From assembly GCF_009914755.1 (NCBI RefSeq), contig NC_060927.1: DNA of 64,000 nucleotides. One strand, written 5' to 3'. Shown here piece after piece: positions 1-21,127 of the stretch. The stretch's first letter is position 1, and each line of letters opens with the position of its first letter. A program made the position numbers and the translations under genes. A model generated the notes under the pieces. The model was not told where the DNA came from and made no database searches. It worked only from the letters and a program-made list of their open reading frames with translations. The stretch comes from the human T2T-CHM13v2.0 reference genome, Homo sapiens.

Positions 1-398
1 ACACAAGAAACATGAAAAAGTAAGGAAATATGACACGTCCAAAAAAACAAAATAATTCTCCAGCGACTGATTTCAATCAAAAAGACATTTACAAAATCCC
101 AGAGAAAAATTCAAAATATTTTCATAAAAGAAGCCCAATGACACATGAGAGAATATTGAAAACAGTACAAATAACTCAGGAAAACAATTCAGGATACAAA
201 TGAGAAATTTGTCAAAGAGATAGAAATCATAAAAACGAACAAAATAGAAGCCCTGGAACTGAAGAATTCATTTAATGTAGTAGAAAATATACTCAAAAGT
301 GTCAGTAATAGACTAGATCAAAGAAGAAGAGAAGAATCTCAGAATGTGAAGACAGATCTTTTTAAATTATCCATTCATATAAAAATAAAGAAAAAAGA
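1..398 (+). mobile_element. Old LINE-1 (L1M/L1MA-like) ORF1 fragment, left part of the host element
   Basis: A-rich decayed ORF1 coiled-coil sequence (gaactgaagaattca...agactagatcaa...agaatctcaga). It resumes at ~6977 after the nested L1. Confidence 0.8.
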
Positions 399-1532
399 GG
401 AGAGGGGCCAAGATAGATGATTGGAAGCAGCTGCAGTCTGCAGTGTTCATGGAGCGGAATGAAAGGAGGGAGTGAATTCGGCACTTTCAACTGCCATATC
501 CAGGTTCTTGCATTGGGACTGACTAGGAAAACAGCTCAACCCAGGGAAAGCAAAGAGAAGCAGACTTGGGTGATTGCCCACCCAGAAGCAACATGGAGCC
601 ATGAGAATCCTACCCTGAGCCAAGGGAAGCAGTGAGTGATTTTGCAACCCACTCTTGGAAACCATGCTTCTCTCACAGATCTTTGCAACCTGCATATCAG
701 CAGATCCACTTGTGAGCCAACACCACCAGGGCCTGGGGTCCAATACATGGAGCTGTGTGGAGTCTTGGCAGAGGGAACAGTTAGGCACACACAAAAACCC
801 AGGAGTTTTGCATACTCTGGTCCCAGACTCCACTACAACATGAGAGATTCATCTGTGCATGACCCTAGGAAGGAGGCTGAGTCCAGGGAGCCAAGCGGCA
901 TTGTTCTGCAGGCTCCACTTCCACAGCACCTCATGGGTTGAGACTCACTGGCTTGGATTTCCAGCCAGCCAGTAGCAGCAGATGGAGTTGGCCTGAGTCA
1001 GGACCAAGTTCCCAGGGGGAGGGGTGGCCACCATCTGTGTGGTTTGGTAGACTCACTCATTTCAGCCTGTGGGCTTTGGAGAATACAAATGGTACAGACG
1101 ATTAAGAGTTTCACCTCAGTGGAGTGCACCTGCTCTACCAAAGGGAAGCCAGACTGCTTCTTTGGGCGGGTCCCTGATCCCATTTCTCCTAAGTTAGACC
1201 TCCCAGCAGGGGTCTCCAGCCACATCCTATAAATGCATTTAGACCAGCAACAGGTCAGTGCCCGCCCTGGAACAGAGCTTCCAGAGGAAAGAGCAGGCTG
1301 CCATCTTTGCTGTTTCACAGGCTTCACTAGTGATACCTCCAGGTATGGAAAAAAACCGGGGCAACTAGGGTCTGGAGGGGGCTCTAGGCAAACTGCAGCA
1401 GCCCTATGTAAGAGTGGCCTGACTGTTAAAAGAAAAACAAACAAACAGAAAACAACAACAACAAAGCAACCCCACAAAATCCCATTCAAAAGTCAGCAAC
1501 CTCAAAGATTGAAGATAGATAGGCCCATAAAG

Positions 1533-2555
1533 ATGAGAAATAATCAATACAAAAATGCTGAAAACTCAGAAAGCCAGAGTGGCTCTTCTTCTTGAAATGA
1601 CCACGAAACCTCTCTGGCAAGGGCACAAAACTGAGCTGAAAGTGAGAAAGTTGAATTGACAGAGTACGCTTCAGAAGGTGGGTAATAGCGAATTTTGCTG
1701 AGCTAAAGGACCATGTTGTAACCCAATGCAAACAAGCTAAGAATTATGATAAAACAATATAGGAGCTAATGGCCAGAATAGCCAGTTTGGAGAGGAACAT
1801 AACCAGCCTGATGGGGCTGAACAAGAAAACACAAGATCTTCACAATGAAATCTCAAGTATCAATAGCAGAATAGACCAAGTGGAGGGAAGAATCTCAGAA
1901 CTTGAAGATAATTTTTCTGAAATAAGATAAGCAGATAATAATGGAGAAAAAAGAATGAAAGGAATGAACAAAATCTCAGAAAAATATGGCATTATGTAAA
2001 GACACCAAACCTATGACTGATTGGGGTACCTGAAAGAGACAGGGATAAGAGAACGAAGTTGGAAAACATACTTCAGGATATTATCAGGAGGACTTCCCCA
2101 ATATAGCAAGACAGGGCAACATACAAATTCAGGAAATGCAGAGAACTCCAGTAAGATACACCACGAAAAGATCAACCCCAAGACACATAATTATAAGATT
2201 CTCCAAGGTCAAAATGAAAGAAAAAAATGTTAACGGCAGCCGCAGAGAAAGGCCAGGCCAACTACAAAAAGAAGCCCAACAGACTAATAGTGGATCTTTC
2301 AGTGGAAGCCCTAAAAGCCAGAAGAGATTTGGGGCCAATTTTCAACATTCTTAAAGAAAGGAATATCCAACCCAGAATTTCATATCTGGCCAAATTAAGC
2401 TTTATAAACAAAGGAGAAATGAAATCCTTTACAGACAAGCAGATGCTGAGGGAATTCATCACCACCAGGCCTGCTTGCAAGAGTTCCTGAAGAAAGCACT
2501 AAATATGAAAAAGAAAAAACTGTTACCAGCCACTATAGAAACACACTAAACTACA
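1533..2555 (+). pseudogene. L1 ORF1p remnant (frameshifts and stops)
   Basis: ATG at 1533 (MRNNQYKNAENS). Fragments MQRTPVRYTTKRSTPRHIIIRFSKV and QPRISYLAKLSFINKGEMKSFTDKQMLREFITTRP match the ORF1p RRM/CTD region but lie in different frames. Confidence 0.88.
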
Positions 2556-2619
2556 CATAGTAGTGACACTATGAAGCAACCACATAAACAACTCTGCAAA
2601 ATAACCAGCTACCATCATA

Positions 2620-6745
<4,126 letters not shown>

Positions 6746-8194
6746 TTGATGAAAACACATAGACACATGGCAGGGAACAACACACAGTGAGGCCTATCGG
6801 GGGGTGTGAGGGGAGAGAGAGCATCAGGAAGAATAGCTAATGGAAGCTGGGCTTAAAACCTAGGTGATGGAATGATATTTGCAGCAAACCACTATGGCAC
6901 ATGTTTACATATGTAACAAACCTTGATATCTGGCATATGTACCGCTGAACTTAAAATAAGAATTGAAGAAATAAGAAAGCATGAGCAAAGCTTATGTGAT
7001 ATATAGGACATCATAAAGCAATCAAATATTTGAGTTTCAGTGCTCCAGAGGACAAGGAGAAAACGAAAGTCTAAGCAAACCTATTTAATTAAATAATAAA
7101 TGAAAACTTCCCAAGTGTAGCAAGAGATTTGACTACCAAGATTGAGGAAGCTCAGAGATCCCAAAATAGACACAGTTCAAAAAGGTCATCTTTAATGCAT
7201 ATTACATTCAAACTGCCAGAAAACAAAGAGATAATTCTAAAAACAACAGGATAAAAAAGTCTAGTCCCTTATAAAGGAACCACCATCAGAATAACAGTAG
7301 ATTTCTCAGCAGCAACCTTACAGGCCAAGGGAGAATATGATGATATATTCAAAGTGCTGAAAGCAAAAACCTGGCAGCACAAGATACTATACCCAACAAA
7401 GTCAATCTTCATAAATGAAAGGAAAATAAAGTCTTCCTGAAACAAGCAAAAGCTGATGGAAGTCATCAGCACTAAGTAGAATGGTCCTACAAGAAGTGCT
7501 TAAGGGAGTCCTATACCCAGAAGCAAAAGAATGATATCTACCGTCATGAAAACACATGAAAATATAAAACCTACTTGTAGAACAAACATACAAACAGAAA
7601 AGACTTAAATACTACCACTGCAGAAAACCACCAAATCACAATGATAAACAATATTAAACAAAGGAAAGAACAAAGAATATACAAAACAACAAGAAATCAA
7701 TTAATAAAACAACATAAATAAGCCCTCACTTATTAATAATGAACTTAAATGTAAGTGGATTAAACTTTCCACTTGATATAGAATGGCCAAATGTATTTAA
7801 AAAATGAGCCAACTATATGCTGCCCACAAGAAATTTATCCTGCCTATAAATACATATAAAGTGAAATATAGAAAAACATACTCATGCAAATGGAAACCAA
7901 AAGAGAACAGAAGTAGCTATAGTTATATCAGATAATACAGGCTTTAAGACATAACAGTAAAAAGAGACAAAGTTCATTATATAATGATAAAAGAAATTAA
8001 TTCAGCAAGAAGATATAACAATTATAAACATATATGCACCCAATACCAGAGGACCTAGACATATAATACAAACATTATTAGAGATAGACCCCAACACAAT
8101 AATAGTGGAGGACTTCAGCATCCAGTGCTTAGCATTAAACAGATAATTTAGACAGAAAATTAACAAAGAAATGTTGAGTTTAAATTGCACATTA

Positions 8195-8512
<318 letters not shown>

Positions 8513-8623
8513 TAAATTGCACATTAGACCACATGAACCTAATGGATATTTACAGAACATTTTATTCAACAGATACACAATACACATTCTTCTTGTATAT
8601 TCAGTGCAGGGAACATTCTCTAA

Positions 8624-9022
<399 letters not shown>

Positions 9023-9299
9023 TAAAATATAAAATCAATAATAAGAGAAACTTTAGAAACTGTACAAATACACTGATATTAAACAACATGCTCCTGAATG
9101 GCCAGTGGGTCAAGAAAGAAATTAAGAAAGAAATTTTTTAAATTTCTTGAAACAAAAGCCTAAACATACCCAAACCTATGGGATACAGATAAATCAGTAC
9201 TATGAGTAAATTTTAATAATAAATGCCTACATCAAAAAAAAGAGAAAGATTTCAAATAAAATTCTAGGATGCACCTCAGGAACTGGGAAAGCAATATAC

Positions 9300-10890
<1,591 letters not shown>

Positions 10891-11099
10891 AATGCCCCAG
10901 TGAGTTTCTCTCCCTGGACACATCACTGAGGGTGGAAAAAATGGGGACAGCTTAATTGAATAAACCTGCTCCATTTACCTACTTCTGGGGATAAGGGACA
11001 GAGACACAGGGAGACATGGATTTATGGTCCCTGTAGAAACTCAAGAAGAGATAAGCAATCCATGTCACCACATACTTTCGAATACATTATATTTCCTTG

Positions 11100-11225
11100 G
11101 CACAATACTGCACCCATCTTAAAGAGTGGAAACTGAGACTCATTAAGATTAAGAACTTGTTTGAGTTCACTGTTCTGATAAACATTAATGCTGAATCTTA
11201 AATCCGTACCTTCCAAATACAAGCC
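11100..11225 (-). mobile_element. MIR fragment
   Basis: cccatctt...ggaaactgagactcattaagattaagaacttg resembles the MIR core. Confidence 0.55.
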
Positions 11226-12639
11226 TACCATACTCTTGACAATGTATCACCCAGTTCTTGCCCAAAACAGGTGCTTTGATCTGTTGCTATAGTGCTGTGC
11301 CCACGTACCTGAAAGCCAATTTGTAATCCTCAAGGGCCTGCAAGCTCTAAGTGTTCTTAAGCATTCAGCTTGCAGATTTTCAGTAATTATTAGCTCTGGC
11401 TTATTTGCCAGACTTAATAAACATTACAACATTTAATATACACTATACAAACAGAAAGAGACAGAGGAGACAAAGAAATGCTTTGTTTAAAAAAATATAA
11501 AGTAGATTAGAGAACATAATTTTGATCCAGTTTTATACGGAAACGAATATATGGTTTGGAATAATAAAATACTGCGTGTTAAAGTATCTAACCCTGTCAC
11601 TTACACATAGTAGGTACTCAATAAATGTTTGTGGTTGTGCACTGCTGGTAAACTGTAGAGAGCTGAAATGGCATTCCCCACATTCTACAAATAAGCAATG
11701 GTCTGTTTTTCTTGGAAACTGTATATCTAAAGGTAGACCCTAAGAAGAAATCATGGAGTAAATATAAAGTAAATCTCGTATTTATAACTCCAGTGAACTA
11801 ATGTTTGTCGCATTAGGCAGGAATTAATGTTGGTGGAGCATTTGTGCTGATCCCCAAATGACCACAAACTGAACTGTAAAAACAAAAACAAAAACAAACA
11901 AACAAACAAACAAAAAATATATATATATATTCTCATCACATTTTGCTGCTGTTTATCTCAATGAGCAGCATCCACTCCTAAAACCACATAAATGGCAGCT
12001 CTGATGTTAGGGAGTAGAGATGACCTACAGAGTATCAAGCTCATTTAATAAATGTAATCCTATTCTCAGTGATGGTATTGATAGAGCTGCAGTATGTACT
12101 ACCTGGAAGCCTATTTCTATAGAAGGACCTAGGAGAGTTTTTTTGCTTAGGTATCTGTGGCAGGCTCAGGAGTATAGTTAACTCTTTTTTAATGAAACTA
12201 ACTGAATTATTGGAGTGAGGAAAGGGAAGGAGTTACATTAAAGTATTATTCTCCAAGAGTGATGAAGTCTATCATTCTGAGAAATTTGAAATTGCTCCTC
12301 CAAGGTCTTAGGCATGGCTCAGAAAATGTTAAACTGACAGTCACTTGCCAACAAGGTTGAAGAAGAGAGTATCCTAGATAAAGAGACCACTGAGAAGACT
12401 GACAGTTGCAAAATGAATGCCAAAATGAGAGCAAGACGGAAGAAAAAATGACCTGTTTAAGAGACATTAGCAGTTTGATGAATCAAATATCTCCTATTGC
12501 AAAACTGTTCTCAGGAAGATGGTATGACAAAGAGAGGAAAATGAAATATAAACAAAAACAAAACAAAATGGTACCTACGTTTCAAGAAATCACAGATTGG
12601 AGTAAAGATATCAGCAAATAGTAAAACTATACTAACAAC

Positions 12640-12659
12640 TTTCTTTCTTTCTTTCTTTC

Positions 12660-12690
<31 letters not shown>

Positions 12691-12953
12691 AGATGGAGTT
12701 TCACTCATCGCCCAGGCTGGAGTGCAATATCACGGTCTCAGCTCACTGCAACCTCCACCTCCCAGTTTCAATTGCAGCCTCCCGAGTAGCTAGGATTACA
12801 GGTGCCCACCACCTGCTCAGCTAATTTTTTGTATTTTTAGTAGAGATGGGGTTTCATCATGTTGGCCAGACTAGTGTCGAACTCCTCAGGTGATCTACCC
12901 ACCTTGGCCTCCCAAAGTGCTGGCATTACAGGCATGAGTGGCCACATTTGGCC
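12640..12953 (-). mobile_element. AluS with (TTTC)n/poly-T tail and a small internal deletion
   Basis: TSD tactaacaac (12630-12639, 12954-12963). Confidence 0.95.
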
Positions 12954-13849
12954 TACTAACAACATTCATTTGGTAAAATTGGTGATGATTAAAAAGAAAC
13001 AAAATACAATAGTGAGGTTTCTAGGCCACATGATGAGAACTGACCAGGCAAAGGAGCAGGCTCCCTGTAGCAGTAGAAAAGAGATTTGCTTTTGTGGGCA
13101 AGCTTAAGGTACCAGAACAGTCATGGCTGCCAAGTGTATGATAAAAGGAAGAGACATAAACAGGTTGGATCTAAGAGACAAAATCAGCACAAAAAAGCCA
13201 AAATTTATTTTTAGTTTAATTTTAACACAGCATATTGCATTTGAAGTACCGGGAAAAAGCACATATTCCTATCGGTGTCTAGGGGTGAGGAGGAAATATT
13301 TAGGGCATAATAAAAATATGCAGTTCTGATGGTATGTATTGTGATCTGAGAGAAATTCTTAATTAACATCAAAAATTCTTTCAAAAAGTATGCAATAAAG
13401 ATATCCAACTATGCCATTTTTGTGAATAAGAAAAGTTAAATGTTACGCATAAAAAGTAGGCACAGGTGGAGAATCCAGGCTGCAGTAGTTGCTGTACCAC
13501 TTTCAATTATGATCATAGATGATGCATTTATCCTTAATGGGCTCTTTTTTCCATGGGTGTGAAAGAAGTACAACTCAGGGCACTTGCCATGCTCCTGTGG
13601 GTCATTGAAAACTTAAAATGTATATAAAATTAAGAAAGCAAACTCATTCACTTAGAAGCATGTTTTTAATTGAAAATAAGTATATTCTATGTGACAACCA
13701 TTATACTTAGGCAACTGGATTTCAAAGATAAATAGGACACCATCCAAATCCTCAAAAGTCCAATAAAGAATAAAGACAAAACAATTATGTACGAGAAAAC
13801 AAAATGACTTGTTAAAGAAATTTGCCTGTTTACACAATACTTTTTATTA

Positions 13850-14030
13850 CTTTACTCCACTTGATCCTTACACCAATGCTAGGAGCTAGCAATGTAGTAA
13901 AAAAATGTATTATTCCTATCTTGTTAAAACAAACGAGAAAACTGAGTCTTAGAGAGTTGTAGTGATTGGACTGTGGTTAGAATTTTGTAGGTGAAGACTC
14001 CAGGTTTTCTGACTGTGAATGATTGATTTT
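13850..14030 (-). mobile_element. MIR fragment
   Basis: tattattcctatc...gaaaactgagtcttagagagttg...ccaggttttctgact. Confidence 0.55.
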
Positions 14031-14694
14031 TTTTCCACTGAAGTAATAACAGTCTTCCAAAAAAGAAATGGATTTCTCCTCTGTTATTGCAACAGTGAAG
14101 ATACAAAACAAGACTCCGTGTCTATAGAAAACCAAAACGTCAATCATGTCACTCAGTGATTCAGTAGATTATCTGGAAATGTTGTCCCCATGATGTCATT
14201 TATCTACATTGTTCACCTAGTTTACTGTTTTGGCCAGATATTTTAGCATGGCCTCAACACAGACTTAGAGCCTAGCACAGCACACTGGTAAAATATTTTA
14301 CCCAATGACTCAAAATGTCAATTACACGGTTGGTCCAGATTGCCTTGCTACCACCAACATATTTTTTAAATGAAAACGATCAGAAAAGGCAGAAATAACA
14401 GCATATTAATGAAGATCATTAGTAAATGATAAAGATTAGGCTTTGGCCCAATCATATTTTCATCTTAATGATGGCAGAGAAGAGATAAGGTAGTAAGAGG
14501 GTGGTAGAGACAACTATGGAATCTACACATCCCCTTCAGTTCCACAACTCACTGCTTACCTTGGAGGAAACCCAGATCTATGACATGCCAGTGACTCCTA
14601 GTGATAACATTTTTGTGTTGCAGGAATGCTGCCAAATCTTGTCCTTGGAATTGACAACCTCAGGTAAAGAGATAATAAAACTGCTATTTAGAGT

Positions 14695-14845
14695 GTCTAC
14701 TGCATGTTAGGCTGTTTTAACCATTTAAAACATTGCAATATAAGTGTGCATTTTCATATATGGAACCCAGGGCTCAGGGAGGTTACATATTTTATTCATG
14801 GTCAAATTTCAATTAACAGTAAAAAACTGTCTTAGATCTGGGCAC
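14695..14845 (-). mobile_element. MIR fragment
   Basis: cattttcatatatggaacccagggctcagggaggttacatat...atggtca. Confidence 0.5.
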
Positions 14846-15189
14846 CTTCTATAATGCTGATCTGCAAAATGCTTCTAAAGGGCTTAATTGAGAATGCTTG
14901 TCATGGAAAAGTCACAGGATGAAAGCAGACACTGAAGAGGCAGGAGCTATCTGTAACAGTGAAAAAGAAACAACCTGGCATTATGAAACAGTATGAGTTT
15001 GGAATTTAGGATTAGATAGTGATATGTATTGGTATTTATAAACTCAAGTGTTTAAGGGATCATGTAAGCCATATAGTTCAACTGCCCATTTAATACTTGA
15101 GTTTCCTCCATAAGGTCCCCACTAAGCTGATCCAGCTAAGTTTCTCTACTTTGAGCTTCCCTATTATTTGACACAATATCCTCTACCTC

Positions 15190-15670
15190 CTGTGTTACGC
15201 CTCACATTCTCTCAATCCTCCTGTACCCTATTCATTGCCCAGCAGGCAGCTGGGTTCAGGAGTAAACTAACCACATTGCTCAGCTGTTCAGTGTATACAT
15301 TTCTTCTATAGGAGTTCTTGAAGACCACAACCAGAGATCTGAAAGAACACCCTGGCAATCACTCATACACAAATATGGGAGGATGAGGGATTTAATACTT
15401 CATGTGGCAACTCTGATCATCGTGGCGTGGGACCTAGAACCATTCCTTGAGCATAAAATTCTGAATTAAGTTAGACTTGACTGCATCAAAGAATCAAGTA
15501 GAATTTTGCCCCTGTTGCCAGAGCAGTGGCAAGCTTGACAATGTACCCTTGTATTTGTTTTCTTTTTTCATTTTCCATTGTTGTCCTTTTTCCACTCCTG
15601 TTCCCCTGAGTTTCTTCCTAAAGCGAACTACCTAGACACACCTTCTTTGGCTCTACTTTCTGAGGATTGG
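15190..15670 (+). mobile_element. LTR16-like solo LTR (ERVL)
   Basis: cagtggcaagcttgacaatgtacccttgtatt...cactcctgttccc...aactacctagacac...ggctctactttctgagg resembles the LTR16 3' half. Confidence 0.6.
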
Positions 15671-16142
15671 TCACTTCGGGCTGCTATAAAGAGAGATCCT
15701 TTCCAATCCTGACCTAATATTCAATGTGGCCTCAAGGTTTTTTTTGTCCTCATCTTCTTGTGTTTTATTAATTTCCATACACCTAGCACCTAACACAGAC
15801 TTCAATCCCATAAAAAGGAATCACAATATCTAATCAATGGGTATATAGATGAATAAACAGTTGAAATAAGTGTGGTCAAGGTAAATGTATTTAGGATTAA
15901 AGTGCTCTCTAAGGTTGAAGGAAAGTTTTGCCCGACTAGTTAAAGGTAAAACTAGTTACAGACAAAGTAGGAAACATCAAGAGGCTTAGGATTTATCCAT
16001 TTCTTATCATGATAGTTTAGGACTCCAGTAACCTAATCCTAGCATAAAGTCATTGAATCTATATTGTTGATCATAAGAATACTAATTTTTAACTATCCTA
16101 TGTTTACATTTCAGAGCCATATTTTAAAAATATAGACTCAAA

Positions 16143-16540
<398 letters not shown>

Positions 16541-18544
16541 TCAAAGACTGTCATAATAAAATCCTTAGAGGAGTTGTCTCAGGTTACACAAGCTGATATA
16601 AGAAACAGAAAAGTGAAAATAGAAATATTAGAAGACTATGAGGTAAGGTAGAATTCATATATTAACATATATGGCAATTTGTTTCTACCTGAGGAAGACA
16701 ATTTCTAGTCTTGGATGCACATATGTTCATGGATGTGCTAACCCTATTGAGACATGGAGCAGTATTATGAAAAAATATCTAAGCCTTGCACTTGGAAATG
16801 TGCCAAAGAGGAAATATTCCTTTACTACTATGTTGAACGCATCTACCAACTGGAAGGCAATTACAAAAAAAAAAAAAGTGTGTATGGGGAGGAGATAGAT
16901 TTAAAGATCCTATACTTAAGAAGAAAGGATTGGCTAAACTTTGAGTCAAAATACATGGTTTTAGTAGCTTAGTAGCTGTGTGCTTTGGTATTGATAAAAT
17001 TCTCGGTCTACTTGTCTTACTGGGTTGATGATAGTATCAGATAAGTAAATAAGGAAATCTTAATTGTATGGTATCATATATATTTAAAGTATTATGGATA
17101 ATGTAAGTCCCTCTAGATTAGGCACTATGCCTGATGTTTGTATTTTCCAAAGCACCTGGGGTGAACTACTACAGAAATGAAGCTTTTTCAACTGAGTGCT
17201 CAGAAGATTAAGAAAATAATTCAAAGCCTGAAGGGCCTGATCTACAGGGCAAGATTAAATGAGAACATGTACTTCATCATTCTGTTAGGCAATGCCTAAT
17301 GGAGGGTCAGGACTGTAAACATATATTTCAAAGAGGTAAACGCAAAGATGGAGAATAATTTCAGTTGATACAAAAATAAATAAGTGAGAACATTGAGAAT
17401 GAAATTAAAAAAGATCTGGGCACCAAAAATGATCAAAATTATCTTATTTGGAATGTTTCAAGTGACGATAAAACAACCTAGATTTTTTATCTTTATTTTA
17501 TCATTGAGGTGGTCTCCAAAGACAAACATATACTTTTTGATGACATACTTTTCCTCCCACATTAGATAGAAACTCATCCTGAATTATTATCTTTTTAATT
17601 CAAACTATCATGGGAGAAAAATAATCACAAAATATATTGTTTTTTCCAAAATGCCAATTTTTTTACCACTTGATTTTTTTTCTTCTTACCCACCATAAAC
17701 TTCCTATTTCACAGTTTCCTTGAGGAATGCTTCTGTGAGTGTACAAGTGGAACTAATTGAAAAAGATCAGATTTAATAGAATTTAAACTAACTGAAGGGA
17801 GAGATAACTTCAGTCACAGTAGTATCAGGGGAAATGAGACAAGACCAAGGGAGATTCTGAAAACTAAACTACTACAAATGCACTGTAAATTCTGCAAAGG
17901 CAGGTGTCTGTTCATATTTAACTTGAAAGAAGATAGAAGTGAGTCAACATAATATGATAATTTTTTTAATCCAGAGAAGCAGTTATTAGTAATTTTTCTG
18001 GCAAAGATATTTGATTCAAAGGAGGAAGAAAAGAGTATATTATTTCCTTTCTGAAAACAGCAAGATTCTGTTTACTTCAGACTCAATAAGAAATTGGCAT
18101 TTTACTAAAATGAGACTATAGCTTAATTGTTCTTTTTCAAAGAATAACCCATAAGCAAGAATGTGGTATTTGAGGAAGTTTGTCTTTAGAATGGCTTTGA
18201 ACATACATTAGTTGGTCTTGAGCCCTATACTTCTTTTCTCACATTTCTGGGAGTCGCTTACTGGCATTCCCCTGAGGCCTGATCTCACTGGACAGGTATT
18301 GCTGATAATAATAAATGATGACAGGGCCATGCTTTGCAGCTTGGAGTAGTCCCGTTTGTATTCGATTTCTGCACTATCCTAGGAATTTAGATAACTAAGG
18401 CAGAGTTCCCTTTTTTTCCCACTTTCCCCATTACCAAAAAGTTCTTATGCTCAGGTTCTTTTGATCCTGGCATCTTCATTGCCATCAAAATTAGTTATTC
18501 TGTGACTCTTGTCATCTTGGAACTGTCTAGGAATATCATATTTA

Positions 18545-18630
18545 ATTACCACTTTGCCAAGCTGTGAGTCCTTGCATCAGTCACCCACCCTCTTTGATTC
18601 TATTTCCTCATCTGTTTAATCAGACAAGAT
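18545..18630 (+). mobile_element. MIR fragment
   Basis: accactttgccaagctgtgagtccttg...tatttcctcatctgt. Confidence 0.65.
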
Positions 18631-18662
18631 GATCTCGAACCTTTGATCACGTGACCCTAAAT

Positions 18663-18886
18663 CAGTCTTTCTCAACCCCAGCACTACTGACATTTTGAGC
18701 AAAATAACTCATTGTTGTGAGGAGCTGTCCTGTGTGTAATAGAATATTTAGCAGCACCTCTGACCTCTATACAAGATACCAGTAGTAAATAAGACCCCTT
18801 CCTAGTTATGACCATCAAAGATATCTCTAGACATTGCTGAATATTCCCTGGGTAGGGGCAAAATCACCCACAGTGGTGAACCATCA
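18663..18886 (-). mobile_element. MER20 (hAT-Charlie), near full length
   Basis: cagtctttctcaaccccagcactactgacattttg...agacattgctgaatattccctgg...ggggcaaaatcaccc matches the reverse complement of MER20. Confidence 0.9.
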
Positions 18887-19614
18887 TTCTAGACCCATAT
18901 CAAGAAAATTGTTTATTTTTACAAAATACTAAGATAGGTGCCATGCAGTTGTCTAAAAAAAATTTTTAAGCATAGACTATCCTAAAATATAAATCTCATA
19001 TTCAGTAGAATTCCACTGTCTCCCTTACCATTCCCACAAAATTACATGTTCTTTTTCTTCTCTTTCTGCCCTGTTTAAATGCTGGTTCTGCACCACCAGA
19101 TGTGGTCTGATCAAGGCTCTCCTGACAGTGTGCCTCTGACCCATGCAATCTACCACAGCTGGTGCTGCTACGTTCAGTTACATCACTTTTTCTGTTATTG
19201 CAAGTGGGCCTGTTTCAGTCTCAGTCTTTGTGACATCTGGTTGTTCTCTCCTTTCTAAAATCCTGTTTGCACAGCCACTTTCATCCCACTCTGTTCCCAC
19301 AAGAGAAAGAGGTTCACACTTTCTTTTTTGTGGTTGACCCTATTGTGAGAACTGGTGACTGTTGCGGTGAGCCATATCAACGAAGAACTGTTTCTTCATG
19401 TGGGCTTGTCTGAAAGCAACTACAGTGTTGTCTTCTCTCAATGTGCACGTCTCTGCACTGGGCTAGTTAAAGAAGTTGTAGAAATAATAATCAATTTATA
19501 TGCATTCTGATGCAATGAAATTAGTATTTGAAAATTTATGTTTTGTATTTATACAATTTTTGATAGTATAATTCAAGGCAAGTTATTTGATGTCAAAATT
19601 GTAAAAAAATAATA

Positions 19615-19912
<298 letters not shown>

Positions 19913-21127
19913 AAAAAGTATTTACAACCATTTATTTTATATTTTTAAGTAATAACCACATATTGATTAGAAGGGTGTTGATGCACGTTAAAAATACAAC
20001 AGAAGTTTTTGGTTCTATTTTGTCAATAATGCTAACCTTTTGGACTTTAAAAATAATTTCCTTTGTAGGACATTGTTAGAGGGACTGTTTAATTTGTATT
20101 GCTGGGGGGGGGATACAAATTTATAATTTGTGTTATAAAAATAGTCTCTGGAAACTTGATCTGCGTATATTTATTCAAAATGACAATCAGGCCATGAGGT
20201 ATTACAGGCAAAAGAGATTTCTGCCACTTAGAAATTTGGTAATTTGTGCAATCTCTGACGTGAAATAATACTTTCACTCCTAATGCCTTCATTCCTCTAA
20301 CACTTCTGCTTCCAGTGGTAAATATTAATGAGAAAAAGTGTCATGACCAGTAAGCACACTTGTGCCTCTTAGCACAATTACTGGTTTTAATAACTTCAGA
20401 ATTGATTAATAGCCTGTTTGTTTTATAGAACCTGCTCAAAACAAGACTAACTGGGACTAGACTTTTACATCATTTTCACTGGGACACAGCCCAGTCCAAG
20501 GAGGACATCTTGTCATTACTGAGCACAAGACAGGATTCTCAGTCTGAACTATATGAAGCAGAAGTCTGAATCTGGCCATTTATGTCTTTTCTCAATTCCT
20601 CAATCCTGTGTGCAAAGAACTACCAAGTAATGCATAATCCAAGGACAAAAAGGGAAAAAACACAGGAGGAAATATAGTGAAAAATTGAGCAATGTATGTC
20701 TGCAACCAGGCCACATTCATCTAAATTAAATGATCCCGGTAACTAGAAATGGTTATCATGAAGAAGACAGCCTTAAATAGGATTCATTTTTTTCAAAGAT
20801 CATAGAATGACTCTATTCTTAAAATCCCATGAACTAATGTTTTTTCATCCTTGTGAAAGGGCTTTCACAATGATAAATTCTTTGTGTATTGTCCCATGGC
20901 TGCTTTTAAATCACTTTTTGAAAAAAAAATTATTGAAATGTAATACACCTATCATATAATTCATACATTTACAGTGTAGAATGAAATGCTTTTTGGCATA
21001 TTACATCACTATAATTTTACATGGTGCTAAAATATATGTAACAAAACTTGCAATTCTAACCATTTTTAAGTGTGCAATTCAAAGGTATTAATTATATTCA
21101 CAATGTTGTGCAATCATCACTTCTAAC

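Noticed and set aside
998-1489. 163-aa antisense ORF in the L1 5'UTR (possible ORF0 analogue)
   Set aside because: It starts at a non-ATG codon, includes low-complexity sequence, and is not at the ORF0 position of young L1PA elements. GC-richer UTRs commonly give such ORFs.
16650-16880. Possible processed pseudogene ending in an A-run
   Set aside because: No TSD, no poly(A) signal at the expected distance and no recognisable peptide.
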